Positions 28,744-39,800 of a stretch of DNA of 64,000 nt are shown one piece after another (positions within the stretch are counted from its first letter, which is position 1; the number at the start of each line of letters is the position of its first letter). The notes beneath the pieces are model-generated. The model made no database searches and was not told the origin of the DNA. It saw nothing but the letters and a program-made list of their open reading frames with translations. The DNA lies in assembly GCA_048882325.1 (NCBI GenBank), contig JBHLRS010000010.1, forward strand, positions 1 to 64,000. The letters are read 5' to 3'. Source of the DNA: Candidatus Thorarchaeota archaeon (GTDB lineage: Archaea; Asgardarchaeota; Thorarchaeia; Thorarchaeales; Thorarchaeaceae). A program made the position numbers and the translations under genes.

Positions 28744-28799
28744 TCATCCTGCTAACAAGTTTCTAGTTTTAAGAGCCTTTCCAGTATTGCATAAAGTAG

Positions 28800-28836
28800 T
28801 AAAAAAGAGAAAGAGTGGATGGAGATACTCCATCCA
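28800..28836 (-). terminator. Hairpin plus T tract
   Basis: tggatggag-ata-ctccatcca (28816-28836) followed on the minus strand by ctctttctcttttttt. Confidence 0.65.
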
Positions 28837-28843
28837 AACTTAA

Positions 28844-29464
28844 CTATTCTCCGACTGGCTCATATCTTCTTCCGAGGAAGAACACGATGACTACAACTAG
28901 AACAAACGCCATTAGAAAGAGTGCTCCAGATGCCCAACCGTAAGAGAATGTTGTCTCGATTATACTCATGGCAAGATAGACACCTGCCATGATTACTCCC
29001 AAAATAAGTGAAACAAGCATGAACCTTGAGGTCATCTCTTTCACTTGTCCTGTTTCAGCTCCCTCTGCAATCCTGCTACCAAAGAAGACAAACACAAAGA
29101 GGAAAATGTATGCTATGACAATCATAGTTCCCATATCAAACAAGTATTCCTGTACAGTTTCTGTCGTGCCCGCTAGCAGACCAAAGGTCAGTAGGGTTCC
29201 CAGTGCATGGACGTATACAAGCATATTCGACACGAGCTTATCATCAGGATGCACAAATCCGGTGATTTCTGTGAATGTATTGATTATGCTTATCAGGAGC
29301 ACAACTCCTAGCACAATCAATGCTCCAAGCCAAATATAGAATGGATACAACAACTGCTCTGGAGTTGCAGAAACAGAATCGAGTATATACTTCACGATGA
29401 TCGTAAAGCCCAATAATGTCAGTCCTATTCCTGAAAGAAAGTTTCCAATAGTAGTGACTCTCAT
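28844..29464 (-). CDS. Hypothetical 6-TM membrane protein
   Basis: Six hydrophobic segments; strong ggaggag RBS. Confidence 0.78.
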   Translation of the reverse strand: MRVTTIGNFLSGIGLTLLGFTIIVKYILDSVSATPEQLLYPFYIWLGALIVLGVVLLISIINTFTEITGFVHPDDKLVSNMLVYVHALGTLLTFGLLAGTTETVQEYLFDMGTMIVIAYIFLFVFVFFGSRIAEGAETGQVKEMTSRFMLVSLILGVIMAGVYLAMSIIETTFSYGWASGALFLMAFVLVVVIVFFLGRRYEPVGE

Positions 29465-29560
29465 TAATCTCTCCTCCTGGAGGTAGAGTAACTATCGACA
29501 AAACAAGCTTAGTTTCTATTAACTCTTTGCTGTTACCCCTGTCCTACTAGGTAAAAGCTC

Positions 29561-30790
29561 TCATTCGTCTTCAATAATTACTGGTGCTGCTTCTTCTAGG
29601 AAGTAAGTTCCAATACATGCCACAATAATGAAAACCGCAACTAGGATAGCTAGACCGATGAGTCCAGTGGTATAGGTTTGATAACTCCAGTCATAGGCTA
29701 TCTGACCAGCTAAGGGCCCGATTATCATCCCCGTTCCAAAGAAAATACTGTAGACCCCCATTGTACTTCCTCGTGCCTCTTCTGTAGATATGTCAGTGAG
29801 ATATGCCATTGCTGCAGGTGCGAATGATCCCGCAATGAATCCAAGAGTTGGAAGAAGTGGCCAGATGTTCCAGATAGCGGCAAAATCCTCCGCATTTGCA
29901 ACCAGAAGATACGCTAAGGCACCAAAGCCAAGCAGACCCACAATGATGAACGGTCTGCGTTTCATTAGATAGTCTGATAGGTGTCCCATCACAATTATTC
30001 CAAATATCAGAGAAACTCCAAGTAAGGCAAATAGGATTAACATGTCCGTAGCAGTGAGAGAGAAGTATTCCTCTATGATATGCTTGACTTGAGATATCAT
30101 CAGTCCGTATAATGATATAATTGGAATGTAAACAGGAAGCATCTTTTGGATTCGCCTGTCGCTTGCAACCTCCTTCAAAAGAGCAGCCATACTCACATCT
30201 TCTTTGTCAGAAATAATGCGTGTTTCTTTGATTAGTAGGATAGCTAGAATGCCGCTGATGGTACAAGCTACAGCGGCTGCAAACAACAGAGTACTAGCTG
30301 ACCAACCAAACTCAAGTAGAATGATTCCAAGTCCAAATCCCCCAGCGAGTCCTGCTAGTGTTGACAGGTCGTAGTATCCCATTAACCTGGCTCTGTTAGT
30401 TTCTGAAGAGGCATCAGCAATCATTGACAATGTAGATGTAACCTGTGACGCAGCTCCAAGTCCAAATAGTACAGCTAATAGGAATGCAAGAAACTCAAAT
30501 GTGGCAAGTCCAAACAGGAATGCAGCCAAACCTGTCATGAACAAGCTCGCCACAAAGATTGGTTTTCTGCCAATCTTGTCACTGTATGAACCAAAGAATG
30601 AAACTGAGCTCAGCTCAGCAATTGGATAAATAGCGAGAACCACTGCAACTCCCCAGCCCTGCAGACTACCACCCATGTATGTTTCACTTGATATTACTGC
30701 TATAGTGACATAGAACGATGCCCGCATTATTAGCGTCACTAAATACAACATCATGAGGGTCAGGAAATGTCCCGATTTTCTAAGTCCCAT
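29561..30790 (-). CDS. MFS transporter
   Basis: Motif A GSYSDKIGRKP and GHLSDYLMKRRP, RGSTMG; 12 TM. Likely start is ATG 30790. Confidence 0.92.
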   Translation of the reverse strand: MGLRKSGHFLTLMMLYLVTLIMRASFYVTIAVISSETYMGGSLQGWGVAVVLAIYPIAELSSVSFFGSYSDKIGRKPIFVASLFMTGLAAFLFGLATFEFLAFLLAVLFGLGAASQVTSTLSMIADASSETNRARLMGYYDLSTLAGLAGGFGLGIILLEFGWSASTLLFAAAVACTISGILAILLIKETRIISDKEDVSMAALLKEVASDRRIQKMLPVYIPIISLYGLMISQVKHIIEEYFSLTATDMLILFALLGVSLIFGIIVMGHLSDYLMKRRPFIIVGLLGFGALAYLLVANAEDFAAIWNIWPLLPTLGFIAGSFAPAAMAYLTDISTEEARGSTMGVYSIFFGTGMIIGPLAGQIAYDWSYQTYTTGLIGLAILVAVFIIVACIGTYFLEEAAPVIIEDE

Positions 30791-30980
30791 ATAGCAGGTC
30801 TCCTTGAAATGTAGGTCTGGCCCGTGCATTAGCGTTTATAAGCTTGGTAGTAGGAACAAATGTACCAAGACAGGTAGGTGCCTCCTGGACCAGTTGTGTC
30901 CTAAATCTTGTAGTGCATCTCTGGAATTCACGAAGGGTTTAAATCGCTCCTAGGAACGAACCTCAACATGGTGGCAAGAT

Positions 30981-31751
30981 ATGAGTTGGGTCGCTAAAAT
31001 AATCAATGGAAATCCTGATGAGTTCTCCCATGCGAGATTAGTAAAGTATGGAATAGGAAGTCATCCCGGTCCGCGTACCAAGCTTACACTCAGCAAAACA
31101 AGCATCAAATTCAAGGCGGATCTTGACCAAGAGAAGGATATTGTTCGAGGATATCTCATGGGCGCACCAAGTGGTTCTCATAAGGTCAAGGGAACAATAA
31201 TCACATACAGTGACCGACAAGATGTATATGGTCAACTAAACATGCCGCTTTCCTGGAAGAAATCAAAGGGTAAAGGTTCACCAGTCTTCAAGTCCAAGGT
31301 TGATGAGGTGGCACCGTTAGAAGACATCAAAGCACTCCTTGACGTGGATGATCCAACAACTTTCTATCTTCTCTCTCTTAATCCACGAGATGGAACAAAG
31401 CCGTGGAAGGTGACAACCAAAACTTCTTTCCCCAAGGGTGGACCAAAGGGTGATGAAGAAGCAGATGATGAGAAAGACCCGGTTTTCACTAAAGGAGCTC
31501 TTGGAAACACACCCGAGCTCTTGGAGTATATACTCGATACCTATGTACCCGACTTCAAGGAAATGGTTGGCCCAAAGACAAAGAACATCATGATTCGAAA
31601 CAACTTGATGATTGACGACATTGTTATTCCGGATGATTCATCTCTTAGTTTCTCAGAAAAGCGGCGTCTTGCCAAGAAAAAGGGTAAACTGATTCGTTCC
31701 GTTTCAATTGATGGGAAAGAACATACATCTGAGTATGATTTCTTTGTGTGA
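30981..31751 (+). CDS. Hypothetical basic protein
   Basis: Long Lys-rich ORF with an upstream TATA-like tttaaa. Confidence 0.75.
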   Translation: MSWVAKIINGNPDEFSHARLVKYGIGSHPGPRTKLTLSKTSIKFKADLDQEKDIVRGYLMGAPSGSHKVKGTIITYSDRQDVYGQLNMPLSWKKSKGKGSPVFKSKVDEVAPLEDIKALLDVDDPTTFYLLSLNPRDGTKPWKVTTKTSFPKGGPKGDEEADDEKDPVFTKGALGNTPELLEYILDTYVPDFKEMVGPKTKNIMIRNNLMIDDIVIPDDSSLSFSEKRRLAKKKGKLIRSVSIDGKEHTSEYDFFV

Positions 31752-31819
31752 CAACAAGACCGTGACGTTTAAATTCGAATCAAAAAGCGTGCCCTACAAG
31801 TAAAGAAGAGGCGAAATAC

Positions 31820-32017
31820 ATGCAAGGATTTGAAGGATACTATTTCCCATTGTCGCTCCTATTCATACTTCTAGGAGTCTTTGCCGCTGGATGGTTGATT
31901 ATCCACATTGAAAAAGGTCGCCACTTCTCAAGATTCAAGGTTGGTTCTGCCTTGTTCCTCGCATCAATCTTGATTGGTTTTGGTATTCATTTCCTGCTTC
32001 TCTCTGGCGGAATGTAG
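31820..32017 (+). CDS. ost5: Ost5/TMEM258-like oligosaccharyltransferase accessory subunit
   Basis: 65 aa, 2 TM. ASILIGFGIHFLLLSGG aligns with TMEM258 ASLFMGFGVLFLLLWVG (recalled), and the TM1 G..F...W pattern also matches. Confidence 0.75.
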   Translation: MQGFEGYYFPLSLLFILLGVFAAGWLIIHIEKGRHFSRFKVGSALFLASILIGFGIHFLLLSGGM

Positions 32018-32137
32018 GACTCCCAGCTGCGATAATTGCTAGCTACTCCGAACGAACAACCGTTATTTAGCCACTCTGTGCACTAGATTTGCTATCCGTT
32101 AGAGGACCGCATATTTCAGGATAAGAGGAATCTTGAC

Positions 32138-33325
32138 GTGTTGCTAGAACCTGACATTCAGAAACTAGCTGTTGAGAGTCGTGCAAGGCTGGTTCAAGAA
32201 TTTGCTGAGAAGTACGCCAATCTAAGAGAGCGAGTAAGGCGTGTTCCAGAGACAGATGCTTGCAAGATTTCTGAAAATCTATCCTGTCCCTTAGAGGTTG
32301 CTATGATAGCATACATAATCAATATGGATGGTATCATGGGTGTAAAGCAGGCTGTGACACTCCTTAGTGCTGAGCTACAAAGAAGAGCTATCATCGGAGA
32401 GCATGTACCCAACCTTCCTGGTAATATCATGGAGTTTGCCCTGACTGAAGGTAGATGGATACTTCACCTTTATGGCAGTCTGGTGCGGCAACTCGAGCTA
32501 CAAGTCAGAGGATTGGCTAACCTCGAAGAGGGAATCGAAGGAACCTCAATTGAAGTAGAGAAAGCACTGTCAATAATTGCTGCTAGGACGAAGATGTCTG
32601 AAACCATTATTGCCCCAGTTATTGAAGAGTGGCATAAAGACCATCCAAAAGCGACAAACAAAGACGCACTCGTAGCTTTTGGGCAAGCCATCACCAAATG
32701 GAATGTCAACACGCTAAACGGAAAATTTCTACAGATTCAACGAAGAAATCAAGCATTGTTTAGGGTTCTTAGAGAAAGCCTTCTTACTGCTTCTGACTCA
32801 TTCATGATGGACTCAGCAATTGCTCGCCTTGACACATTGATTGATGAGTTAGGTAGCCCATTTGAAGAAATGACCCTACGTGCAGTTTCACACCTTCTGC
32901 TTCACATCGCACCCCGTCAAGCTACTGGAAAGGGCGATAGGTCTCCATATGTTTCGGTAGGAGTATCTTCAACTAGAGGGAATAAAGCAGAACCTGATCT
33001 CTCATCTCCCTTTGACTTTCTTGAGCGAGATGTCAAGCTAGCGAAGAGACGAAAAGGTGAGGAACGAGTTGTGTATCTGAAAGAGAAAATCGCTCGTGTA
33101 CTGCGTGTCTTAAGGTACCAAGAGAATACACACTCAGAGTGTGTAGAAAAGTGTCTGATGGAGCTTGTGGATCGACTTGAGATTAAAGAATCTCCGGTTG
33201 AGAAAGTGATTGAGGATTCCAAAGCAGCCCTCTCAAGTGCACCTGAAACTCAAAGAGATATGCTCTCTGTGAAGATTGTCTTTGACTTTGTCACCTCTAA
33301 TATCTATGGAGAGGAAGCTGCATGA
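32138..33325 (+). CDS. Hypothetical all-alpha protein
   Basis: 395-aa ORF overlapping the next gene by ATGA. Confidence 0.75.
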   Translation: MLLEPDIQKLAVESRARLVQEFAEKYANLRERVRRVPETDACKISENLSCPLEVAMIAYIINMDGIMGVKQAVTLLSAELQRRAIIGEHVPNLPGNIMEFALTEGRWILHLYGSLVRQLELQVRGLANLEEGIEGTSIEVEKALSIIAARTKMSETIIAPVIEEWHKDHPKATNKDALVAFGQAITKWNVNTLNGKFLQIQRRNQALFRVLRESLLTASDSFMMDSAIARLDTLIDELGSPFEEMTLRAVSHLLLHIAPRQATGKGDRSPYVSVGVSSTRGNKAEPDLSSPFDFLERDVKLAKRRKGEERVVYLKEKIARVLRVLRYQENTHSECVEKCLMELVDRLEIKESPVEKVIEDSKAALSSAPETQRDMLSVKIVFDFVTSNIYGEEAA

Positions 33326-34098
33326 GTAAGGAGCAGACTCCACTCTACTGGTTGATTGAGATTGAGAGCTATGACTATCAAGTTGGAGCGTTCAAGGATG
33401 CCGACCTGTCTGGAAAGGCACTAATTCTATCAAACCAACTTTGGTCAATAATCAGAGGGACTAGTGTTTATTCTGTTCTCATTGGACCTGGTATCTTCAA
33501 AGGTATTGCCACAAAAAAAGGCATTCAAGTTGATGTCTTAGAGTATCTATCCGCCCTCATGTTTGATCCAACAATGATACGATTTGACGAACCACTTCCG
33601 CAGGTTGACATTGTAAATCCTGAAGTGATAGACCCAATGGGCGCTCGAAAGCAAGAAGAGATCATAACAGTGATTCGAAATCTAGTTATGGAAAAAGGCA
33701 ACGTCCTTGCTGCGGACCCTCTCGCTAAGGTTCATGCAAAAGCCAATGTCCCACAGATGGTTCATTATGAAGAGATTTTCGAAAAGATCAATGTTTCTCA
33801 TGTTTCAGGAATTCAAAGAGCTAAGTTCATTCTCGCTGGGACAAATGGCCCAATGTACAAATCCTTTGTCGAGTATTTCAACGACAATAAGTTCACACGC
33901 AAGGAAAGCACCAAAGTTATGGCTACACCTTTCTACAAGTTCAGCAGTTTCATAGATATTGACGTTATGTCCGACTGGATGATTGTGGAGAAGGCTGGCG
34001 TCGACTCAAAAACAGGTATTGAAGCTATTGGTGAGGAGTTTGAACGAACTCTATCAATTGTGGAAAAGGAGCGCGAGTCTTACATTTATGATCTCTGA
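33322..34098 (+). CDS. Hypothetical protein
   Basis: 258-aa ORF translationally coupled to the upstream gene. Confidence 0.75.
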   Translation: MSKEQTPLYWLIEIESYDYQVGAFKDADLSGKALILSNQLWSIIRGTSVYSVLIGPGIFKGIATKKGIQVDVLEYLSALMFDPTMIRFDEPLPQVDIVNPEVIDPMGARKQEEIITVIRNLVMEKGNVLAADPLAKVHAKANVPQMVHYEEIFEKINVSHVSGIQRAKFILAGTNGPMYKSFVEYFNDNKFTRKESTKVMATPFYKFSSFIDIDVMSDWMIVEKAGVDSKTGIEAIGEEFERTLSIVEKERESYIYDL

Positions 34099-34152
34099 TG
34101 CAACCGTAAGAGTCTTTGGTAGAAAGTTTCGCTCCACATGTGAGGACTCTCG

Positions 34153-36774
34153 TTGGAGGTAGCTGATACTGACATTCAGAAGCGGCTCAAAAAGCCCTAT
34201 ACACTTGTTTTTAGGGCTGGTAGACAAGAGTTCACAACCAGAGTCGATATCTTTTCCGATGTCTTACGGGACAGACAACGTTCGATTCTTGGTGGTATGG
34301 TTGAGTATGGTCTTAAGCAAAACAGACTGCTAGAAATCAAACGATTCTGGTTCACCAAGTATAACAAACCTATATATTATCAGCCAAAGGAAACTCACGA
34401 AATCATTAGAAAGGCAAAGAACATCGTTATCCCTAAGGCACAAAAACCTGATTTCTTAGAAGATCTCAAAGATTTACTATCTCGACTTAATGCACAAACA
34501 CCTAGAGTTGTTCCAACCTGTCAACATTGCCTGAGAGAAGACCGACTCACTGTCTTAACTAAGCGTAATGCAGTGAAGATAACTGAAAATCAAGTTGTAT
34601 GTACAAGCTGCGGTCAAGGGGACCTCAAAGTCGAACTGAAATCGATGGGTATTCATCTATCTAGAGCTATGTTGAATCAACTAGAGCGACAGGTCTCCAA
34701 GGTGAAGTCCATTCCTCGGATTGTGGATATGATGACTCCTGGGTTTGACCCTACAGGTGACCCAGATTTGACATTGATTGATACTGTAATCGCGAAGGAC
34801 GCTGGACCTATTCGGAAAATCTCGGAACTCCCACTTCCGGAACAATTCAAGGAGAAGCTTCACTCGGAAGGATTTGAAACTCTGCTACCCATTCAATCTC
34901 AAGTCATAGATGCCGGTCTGTTGAAGGGTGTGAATATGCTAATTGTTTCTTCAACCTCCTCGGGAAAGACTCTGTTAGGAGAACTAGCAGGAGTTCCAAA
35001 AGCCATCCAGGGTAGAAGGATGATCTACATGTCTCCTCTTGTTGCTCTGACAAACGAAAAGTATGAGCAGTTTCGAAAGTCGTACAAATCACTAGGTTTG
35101 AGAGTTGGCATCAAGGTAGGTATGTCTCGTCTTGATGTTGGTGATGAAGGTAAGCCAATTGTGGACACGGACATCACTAAAGCAGACATTATCTGTGCGA
35201 CCTACGAAGCTCTTGATCTCATATTCCGGTCAGGTGACACCTCAGACCTCGGTGATGTGGGAACAGTGGTGATTGATGAGATCCAAAATCTCGCTGATCC
35301 AGAACGTGGCCCAGAACTGGATGGACTTCTTGCGCGGATGAGGATGCATTTTCCTCAGGCGCAATATCTTGCGTTGTCTGCCACTGTTGGATCTCCGGAG
35401 GTTCTCGCTAAGGAGCTTCGAATGAAACTGGTGAACTATGAAGGCAGACCTGTTCCCTTAGAGCGACATCTCGTCTTTGCTCGTTCTGACGAGGAGAAAC
35501 GATCCATGATTCGCCGCTTGGTCAATCAAGAATTTCGTCATGTAAGTAGTTCAGGCAACAAAGGTCAGTCGATAATCTTCACTTATTCACGTAGACGTGC
35601 TCATGCTTTGAGTGATTGGTTGAGGGAGCACCGTGTATCAACATCTGTGTATCATGGAGGTCTCTCGTATTCCCGCCGCCGACGAACAGAGCACTCCTTC
35701 GCAAAACAAAAGTTCTCAAGCATTGTCACCACTGCCGCCCTTGGAGCTGGTGTTGATCTTGCTGCCTCGCAGGTCATCTTTGAGTCATTAGCGATGGGTG
35801 CTGACTGGCTCTCAACCGCTGAGTTTGAACAAATGCTCGGCCGTGCAGGTCGACTTGGTAAGCATGACCGGGGTAAGGTCTACATGTTGGTTCAACCGGA
35901 GAAGAAGTATCACGGTGGCCAAGACAAGGCTGAAGATGAGATAGCTGTGGAATTGTTGAATGGGATAATCGAAGATGTTGAACCTTTTGCAGACAAGGAG
36001 ACTTGTGCTGAGCAGATTCTAGCAACTATTTGTTCTACAGGTCTTGTGGATCTAAAGGATGTAGCACGAGCATACAAGCGTATGCTCTCGATGTCAGTTC
36101 CCCCCTCTGAAGCTCTCAAGCATCTAGTTAAAACCCACATGGCTCGTGTCAAAGAAGGAGGAATCCACCCGACTGATCTCGGAAGAGCCACCTCACTTTC
36201 ATTCTTGACACCAAGTTTGGGAATGGAGGTCATGAAGCTGACAGCCAGCTATGATGTCACCGATATCGCAATCATGCTTGAGCCATTTGAGAATGTGTAT
36301 CTCACTGCAAAGCTTCAGGAAGAAGTAAACTCCGCATTCAGGACCCATATGCCAACGCGACTCTTCTCTGGAGTGTTCAGTGAAATAGGCGATGCAAGTC
36401 GACCGAAGGGAGGAGCTGGTAGGCTTCCACAGTGGGTGTTTGAGGTGTTCGGAAAATGGACTACTACCTTCTTCAACTGTGGGTGTCGAGAATATCCTGA
36501 ATGTGATCATGGGAAGGTTCGCCTCGGAAGATGGTTGGTCGAGAAGCGAAAAGAGGGCTTCAATCCCTCAGGACTTGCTCAGAAGCTCCATGATGATTTC
36601 GAGTTATGGGCATATCCAGGAGATATCTTCTCGTGGTTAGATTCACTGATTCACAGTTTCAAGGCTGTACAGAGAATTGCGAATGTTGCCGGCAAAACTG
36701 ATATCAGTGTTGAGATTGAAAGTCAGATTGCGAAAATCGAGAGACCGCTTGACCAAGAAGCAAGTAGCGAATAG
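34153..36774 (+). CDS. Archaea-specific Ski2-like SF2 helicase (ASH-Ski2/COG1202 type)
   Basis: N-terminal CQHC...CTSC; LLPIQ, SSGKTL, DEIQ, LSAT, YHGGL, QMLGRAGR; C-terminal CGC..P.C..G and AYPGDIFSWLD domain. Confidence 0.88.
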   Translation: MEVADTDIQKRLKKPYTLVFRAGRQEFTTRVDIFSDVLRDRQRSILGGMVEYGLKQNRLLEIKRFWFTKYNKPIYYQPKETHEIIRKAKNIVIPKAQKPDFLEDLKDLLSRLNAQTPRVVPTCQHCLREDRLTVLTKRNAVKITENQVVCTSCGQGDLKVELKSMGIHLSRAMLNQLERQVSKVKSIPRIVDMMTPGFDPTGDPDLTLIDTVIAKDAGPIRKISELPLPEQFKEKLHSEGFETLLPIQSQVIDAGLLKGVNMLIVSSTSSGKTLLGELAGVPKAIQGRRMIYMSPLVALTNEKYEQFRKSYKSLGLRVGIKVGMSRLDVGDEGKPIVDTDITKADIICATYEALDLIFRSGDTSDLGDVGTVVIDEIQNLADPERGPELDGLLARMRMHFPQAQYLALSATVGSPEVLAKELRMKLVNYEGRPVPLERHLVFARSDEEKRSMIRRLVNQEFRHVSSSGNKGQSIIFTYSRRRAHALSDWLREHRVSTSVYHGGLSYSRRRRTEHSFAKQKFSSIVTTAALGAGVDLAASQVIFESLAMGADWLSTAEFEQMLGRAGRLGKHDRGKVYMLVQPEKKYHGGQDKAEDEIAVELLNGIIEDVEPFADKETCAEQILATICSTGLVDLKDVARAYKRMLSMSVPPSEALKHLVKTHMARVKEGGIHPTDLGRATSLSFLTPSLGMEVMKLTASYDVTDIAIMLEPFENVYLTAKLQEEVNSAFRTHMPTRLFSGVFSEIGDASRPKGGAGRLPQWVFEVFGKWTTTFFNCGCREYPECDHGKVRLGRWLVEKRKEGFNPSGLAQKLHDDFELWAYPGDIFSWLDSLIHSFKAVQRIANVAGKTDISVEIESQIAKIERPLDQEASSE

Positions 36775-36844
36775 CAGTTACAGTTTGCAAGTAACAGATA
36801 TATCGCACCGAGTATATTTCTCAGCTTAGCGTGGCTGATTTGAG

Positions 36845-39800
36845 TTGAAGCGTAGGTCAGTTCTGTCAATCTCTGTTATAGTGTTATTTCTTTTTCTTCC
36901 GTTTATTTCGACATCGCTAACACTACCATTGACAACAGCACAAGGTGAGGAATTACCTCCATGGGAGCATACGAATGGACCCTATGGCGGGCTTATCAAC
37001 TCAATAGAGATGGATCCCACTAATCCCAATGTTCTCTATGCGGCAGGAGCTGGTGATTCAATCTTCAAATCTGTTAATGGTGGAGATACTTGGAATGCTG
37101 TAGGGTATCTACCAAAGTCAATCCCGAAAGTTGTAGACCTCATTATTTCACCAACTAATCCCCAGATCCTCTATACATTAACAGCTGGGTCAAGAGACTG
37201 GGGTACGGTCGGTGAAGTCTATATCAGTACAAATGGTGGAGAAAACTGGACTCTGACAACTCAGGATATGAGTGTATTCCACATCGCTCTCCATCCAACA
37301 AATCCAATGGTCCTACTTGCTGTAGCTTGGGGTAACTTCGTATATCTTACAACCAATGGTGGTGTTTCCTGGACAAATGTGACCGGTAACCTTCCTTTTG
37401 GTAGCAAAATTGGTGTAGCAATTAGTGGGGATAATGACTACTGGGTTGGTGTGGATGGAGCTGACAATGGGAGCCTGTACCATACCACAGACGGTGGAGG
37501 TACTTGGAATTTTCAGAACCTCAACCAACCAGCTGAAACCTTCATCAATAACATCATGGTTCATCCATCAAACAGCAGCATTGTTTTTGTTAGTGTCACA
37601 ACAGCCCCCGATGCGCCTGTAGACCCTGATACTGATTATATATTCCGAACTGGCAACGGAGGCGCCTCTTGGCAAAGTATAAACACACTTGGTACAATGA
37701 GAATTCTCGCTGTCGAACCATCGACTGGCGGTGATACAATCTACGGATCCCTGACTGGAATCTATATTTTTAGAACACACAATCTTGGTCAGACTTGGAT
37801 TAACATGACCCCTCCTCCCTCAACTAGTGACATCAATGACATTGCCATTGATTATACTGACAACAATACAATCTACATTCCAAAAAGGACCTATGGCATT
37901 TACAAGAGCGTGGACGGAGGAACATCATGGACGACGCTGACTAACGGCATCTACAACACAAATGCCTGTCTTGTCGTAGCGTCTCCTGTCGAGGCTAGCG
38001 AAACAGTTTATGTTGCAGCGGTTGAAGGAACTGGCACATTTCGAACAGACGATGCTGGTAATTCATGGTCTTGGTTGGATGGAGGAGGGATTACTCATCC
38101 CTTTGCAGATGAACTACGGTTCAATCCTCACAATCCAGACACAATCTGGCAGATAGCTGATATTGGACAGATATTCATTTCATATGATAGAGGCGCAACG
38201 TGGATAAAGAAGTACCACCCGCAACATGGTTACGGATTTCGTTACTCGTCTGTTCAAACTATCAAAGCAGCACCTTCAGATCCCGACATTCTATATGCAG
38301 TTAAAAGCGGATGGGGCCCTTTTCGGAGTGGGGATGGGGGCAGAACCTGGGACTTCCTTGCTGAATCCGAGGTTGACTACTCATATACACTCGCAGTTCA
38401 CCCAACGGATCCAAGTACAGTTTATAGTGGATATAATCCCAAACCATTTCAGGATTGGGCAATGGTGCGAAAATCAACAGATGGTGGGCTCACTTGGCAG
38501 ACTGTCCTTAATGTCACTGCCTCTGATGGTATAACTTCCATTGCGATTGATCCTGCAGATCCCAACATTGTATATGCTGGAAGTATAAGCGAAACAGGGG
38601 GTGAGATCTACAAGACCTTTGATGCTGGTCTGAATTGGGAGAAACTGAATGATAACTTTACAATGTCTACGGTTATGGCTCAGCCGCAACTTGTGGTAGA
38701 TCCTACCAATCCTGGAGTTGCTTACATTGGCACTTGGCTTGGAGGGACATGGAGGACTAATGACGCTGGCATGACTTGGACCTTGCTTGAAACTGCTCCT
38801 GATTCAGCGACTGCTATTAAAATTGATCCTCAGAACAACAATGTCCTCTATCTAGCTGATAGATCCTCTCCAACCCTCTGGAAATCACTTGACGCAGGAG
38901 AAACGTGGTTTGATATTGCAGACTTCACCTCTGAGGGTGCCTTCCTTGTGAACAATGTATATGCTGATGGAGATGTTTTATACTGTACCACTTTTGGTCC
39001 TCCGCCAACTAGTGGAAAGCTCTTCAAGTCGATTGATGCTGGTGCGAACTGGACTGACATCACAGGTATATTGCCCAGAAGTGTTTTGGATATCGATGTC
39101 GATCCGATTAGTCCTGAGATTGTTTATGTGACCACTCATGTCAAAGGTGCATACAAGTCAATAAATGGTGGAACAACATGGAGTGAGCTGGTGAACTTTC
39201 CAGATATTGGAGGTTTTGACATTGAGGTAGATCCCGCAGATTCTAACATATTGTATGTCGCGGCTCTGGGAAACACTTCAATACCCTCTTGGGTTGATCC
39301 AAGGAACTTCACCTTTGCCGACAGCTCTGGAGTCTACAAGTCATTTGATGCTGGATTGACTTGGTCAAGTGTCCTCAATACAACCAACAAGTGCAGAGCA
39401 ATTCGGATGCATCCAGGTAACTCATCCATTCTCTTTGCTGCAGTACATGATGACGGAGTCTTTGTGAGTCAAGATGCTGGGACAAATTGGGTGAATTATA
39501 ATACAGGTCTCGACACAACAGGTCTCACTTCATTAGATGTTCAAGGAGATACGATTTATGTTGGTACTCAAGGTTATGGTGTATACTCTGGAAACATAAA
39601 CCCTTCTGACTACTCAATCACCTGGCAATCTAGTCGAAGTAACAGACCTGTGCCACAGGTCTACAGCATGCAGATTATAATAGATCCTCACAATTCGAAT
39701 CGAATCTACGTTGGAGCCTATCCCGGTGGACTATATCGTTCTGATGATGGCGGGGCGACGTTCTATGACAAGAATTTCCAGACACCAAGTATCATTGCTG

